Assembly: GCF_024223415.1 (NCBI RefSeq)
Contig: NZ_CP100500.1
DNA from: Escherichia coli
GTDB taxonomy: Bacteria; Pseudomonadota; Gammaproteobacteria; Enterobacterales; Enterobacteriaceae
Length of the DNA: 64,000 bases
Direction: 5' to 3' (one strand)
The notes below the pieces were generated by a model. It had not been told where the DNA came from. It was given only the letters and a program-made list of their open reading frames with translations, and searched no databases. Positions within the stretch are counted from its first letter, which is position 1. Each line of letters opens with the position of its first letter. Shown piece by piece: positions 61,758 to 64,000 of the stretch. A program made the position numbers and the translations under genes.

Positions 61758-64000
61758 ACCGGTAGGCGATCTGGTCGTTGATTTAAGTCTGGATGCGGCC
61801 AGGTTTGACGAGCAGATGGCCAGAGTCAGGCGTCATTTTTCCGGTACGGAAAGTGATGCGAAAAAAACAGCGGCAGTCGTTGAACAGTCAATGAACCGGC
61901 AGGCGCTGGCTGCACAGAAAGCGGGGATTTCCGTCGGACAGTATAAAGCCGCCATGCGTATGCTGCCTGCACAGTTCACCGACGTGGCCACACAGCTTGC
62001 AGGCGGGCAGAGTCCGTGGCTGATCCTGCTGCAACAGGGTGGTCAGGTGAAGGACTCCTTCGGCGGGATGATCCCCATGTTCAGGGGGCTTGCCGGTGCG
62101 ATCACCCTGCCGATGGTCGGGGCCACCTCGCTGGCGGTGGCGACCGGTGCGCTGGCGTATGCCTGGTATCAGGGCAACTCAACCCTGTCCGATTTCAACA
62201 AAACGCTGGTCCTTTCCGGCAATCAGGCGGGACTGACGGCAGATCGTATGCTGGTCCTGTCCAGAGCCGGGCAGGCGGCAGGGCTGACGTTTAACCAGAC
62301 CAGCGAGTCACTCAGCGCACTGGTTAAGGCGGGGGTAAGCGGTGAGGCTCAGATTGCGTCCATCAGCCAGAGTGTGGCGCGTTTCTCCTCTGCATCCGGC
62401 GTGGAGGTGGACAAGGTCGCTGAAGCCTTCGGGAAGCTGACCACAGACCCGACGTCGGGGCTGACGGCGATGGCGCGCCAGTTCCATAACGTGACGGCGG
62501 AGCAGATTGCGTATGTTGCTCAGTTGCAGCGTTCCGGCGATGAGGCAGGGGCATTGCAGGCGGCGAACGAGGCCGCAACGAAAGGGTTTGATGACCAGAC
62601 CCGCCGCCTGAAAGAGAACATGGGCACGCTGGAGACCTGGGCAGACAGGACAGCGCGGGCATTCAAATCCATGTGGGATGCGGTGCTGGATATTGGTCGC
62701 CCGGACACTGCCCGGGAAATGCTGGAGAAAGCAGAAAAGGCTTTTGATGAGGCGGACAAAAAATGGCAGTGGTATCAGAGCCGGAGCCACCGGCGCGGTA
62801 AAGCCTCAGCATTTCTTGCCAATCTCCGGGGAGCATGGGAGGACAGAGCGAATGCGCAACTTGGGCTTTCAGCCGCCACGTTGCAGGCCGATCTTGAAAA
62901 GGCCAGAGAGATGGCAGCAAAGGACTGGGCCGACTCTGAGGCATCACGGCTGAAATATACCGAAGAGGCGCAGAAGGCTTACGAACGCCTGCAGACGCCG
63001 CTGGAGAAATATACCGCCCGTCAGGAAGAACTGAACAAGGCACTGAAAGACGGAAAAATCCTGCAGGCAGATTACAACACGCTGATGGCGGCGGCGAAAA
63101 AGGATTATGAAGCGACGCTGAAAAAGCCGAAACAGTCCGGCGTGAAGGTGTCTGCGGGCGATCGTCAGGAAGACAGTGCTCATGCCGCCCTGCTGACGCT
63201 TCAGGCAGAACTCCGGACGCTGGAGAAGCATGCCGGAGCAAATGAGAAAATCAGCCAGCAGCGCCGGGATTTGTGGAAGGCGGAGAGTCAGTTCGCGGTA
63301 CTGGAGGAGGCGGCGCAACGTCGCCAGCTGTCTGCACAGGAGAAATCCCTGCTGGCGCATAAAGATGAGACGCTGGAGTACAAACGCCAGCTGGCTGCAC
63401 TTGGCGACAAGGTTACGTATCAGGAGCGCCTGAACGCGCTGGCGCAGCAGGCGGATAAATTCGCACAGCAGCAACGGGCAAAACGGGCCGCCATTGATGC
63501 GAAAAGCCGGGGGCTGACTGACCGGCAGACAGAACGGGAAGCCACGGAACAGCGCCTGAAGGAACAGTATGGCGATAATCCGCTGGCGCTGAATAACGTC
63601 ATGTCAGAGCAGAAAAAGACCTGGGCGGCTGAAGACCAGCTTCGCGGGAACTGGATGGCAGGCCTGAAGTCCGGCTGGAGTGAGTGGGAAGAGAGCGCCA
63701 CGGACAGTATGTCGCAGGTAAAAAGTGCAGCCACGCAGACCTTTGATGGAATTGCACAGAATATGGCGGCGATGCTGACCGGCAGTGAGCAGAACTGGCG
63801 CAGCTTCACCCGTTCCGTGCTGTCCATGATGACAGAAATTCTGCTTAAGCAGGCAATGGTGGGGATTGTCGGGAGTATCGGCAGCGTCATTGGCGGTGCT
63901 GCCGGTGGTGGCGCATCAGTGTCAGGCGGTACAGCCATTCAGGCTGCTGCGGCAAAATTCCATTTTGCGACCGGAGGATTTACGGGAACCGGCGGCAAAT
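61750..64000 (+). CDS. H: tail tape measure protein gpH (5' partial, runs off the window)
   Basis: ATG at 61750. MAEPVGDLVVDLSLDAARFDEQMARVRRHFSGTESDAKK... matches lambda H. The frame is open to the window end, so it is absent from the ORF track. Confidence 0.93.
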   Translation, partial: MAEPVGDLVVDLSLDAARFDEQMARVRRHFSGTESDAKKTAAVVEQSMNRQALAAQKAGISVGQYKAAMRMLPAQFTDVATQLAGGQSPWLILLQQGGQVKDSFGGMIPMFRGLAGAITLPMVGATSLAVATGALAYAWYQGNSTLSDFNKTLVLSGNQAGLTADRMLVLSRAGQAAGLTFNQTSESLSALVKAGVSGEAQIASISQSVARFSSASGVEVDKVAEAFGKLTTDPTSGLTAMARQFHNVTAEQIAYVAQLQRSGDEAGALQAANEAATKGFDDQTRRLKENMGTLETWADRTARAFKSMWDAVLDIGRPDTAREMLEKAEKAFDEADKKWQWYQSRSHRRGKASAFLANLRGAWEDRANAQLGLSAATLQADLEKAREMAAKDWADSEASRLKYTEEAQKAYERLQTPLEKYTARQEELNKALKDGKILQADYNTLMAAAKKDYEATLKKPKQSGVKVSAGDRQEDSAHAALLTLQAELRTLEKHAGANEKISQQRRDLWKAESQFAVLEEAAQRRQLSAQEKSLLAHKDETLEYKRQLAALGDKVTYQERLNALAQQADKFAQQQRAKRAAIDAKSRGLTDRQTEREATEQRLKEQYGDNPLALNNVMSEQKKTWAAEDQLRGNWMAGLKSGWSEWEESATDSMSQVKSAATQTFDGIAQNMAAMLTGSEQNWRSFTRSVLSMMTEILLKQAMVGIVGSIGSVIGGAAGGGASVSGGTAIQAAAAKFHFATGGFTGTGGK

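Overview
The window has two parts. Positions 1-26132 are an ordinary E. coli-type core-genome block, syntenic with the K-12 kgtP-to-yfhL region: kgtP, yfiM, pssA, patZ, tapT, trxC, yfiF, ung, grcA, eamB, yfiE, srmB, trmN, nadB, rpoE-rseABC, lepAB, rnc-era-recO-pdxJ-acpS, the shoB/ohsC type I toxin-antitoxin locus, and yfhL. From about 26.1 kb to the window end lies a mosaic lambdoid prophage of more than 38 kb, integrated just upstream of yfhL and running off the right edge. Its late region is near-lambda: cos, Nu1-like, A, W, B, C/Nu3, D, E, FI, FII, Z, U, V, G/G-T, H. Its lysis genes are phage-21-like (pinholin, SAR endolysin, Rz/Rz1). Its early left operon carries a self-contained replication set instead of lambda O/P and red: SNF2 helicase, VRR-NUC, family-A DNA polymerase, DUF2815 SSB-like, DUF2800 Cas4-like nuclease, and a primase-helicase next to an iteron-type origin. 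Several discrete accessory cassettes sit in the prophage. The two strongest candidates for an undescribed system are (a) a standalone TIR-like effector gene framed by a perfect 15-bp direct repeat inside the replication operon, and (b) an AT-rich two-gene cassette (degenerate P-loop-like protein plus membrane protein) bracketed by ~300-bp direct repeats between Rz and cos. Further insertions split holin from endolysin and endolysin from Rz. All identifications rest on reading the translations and on recalled family signatures; no database search was run.
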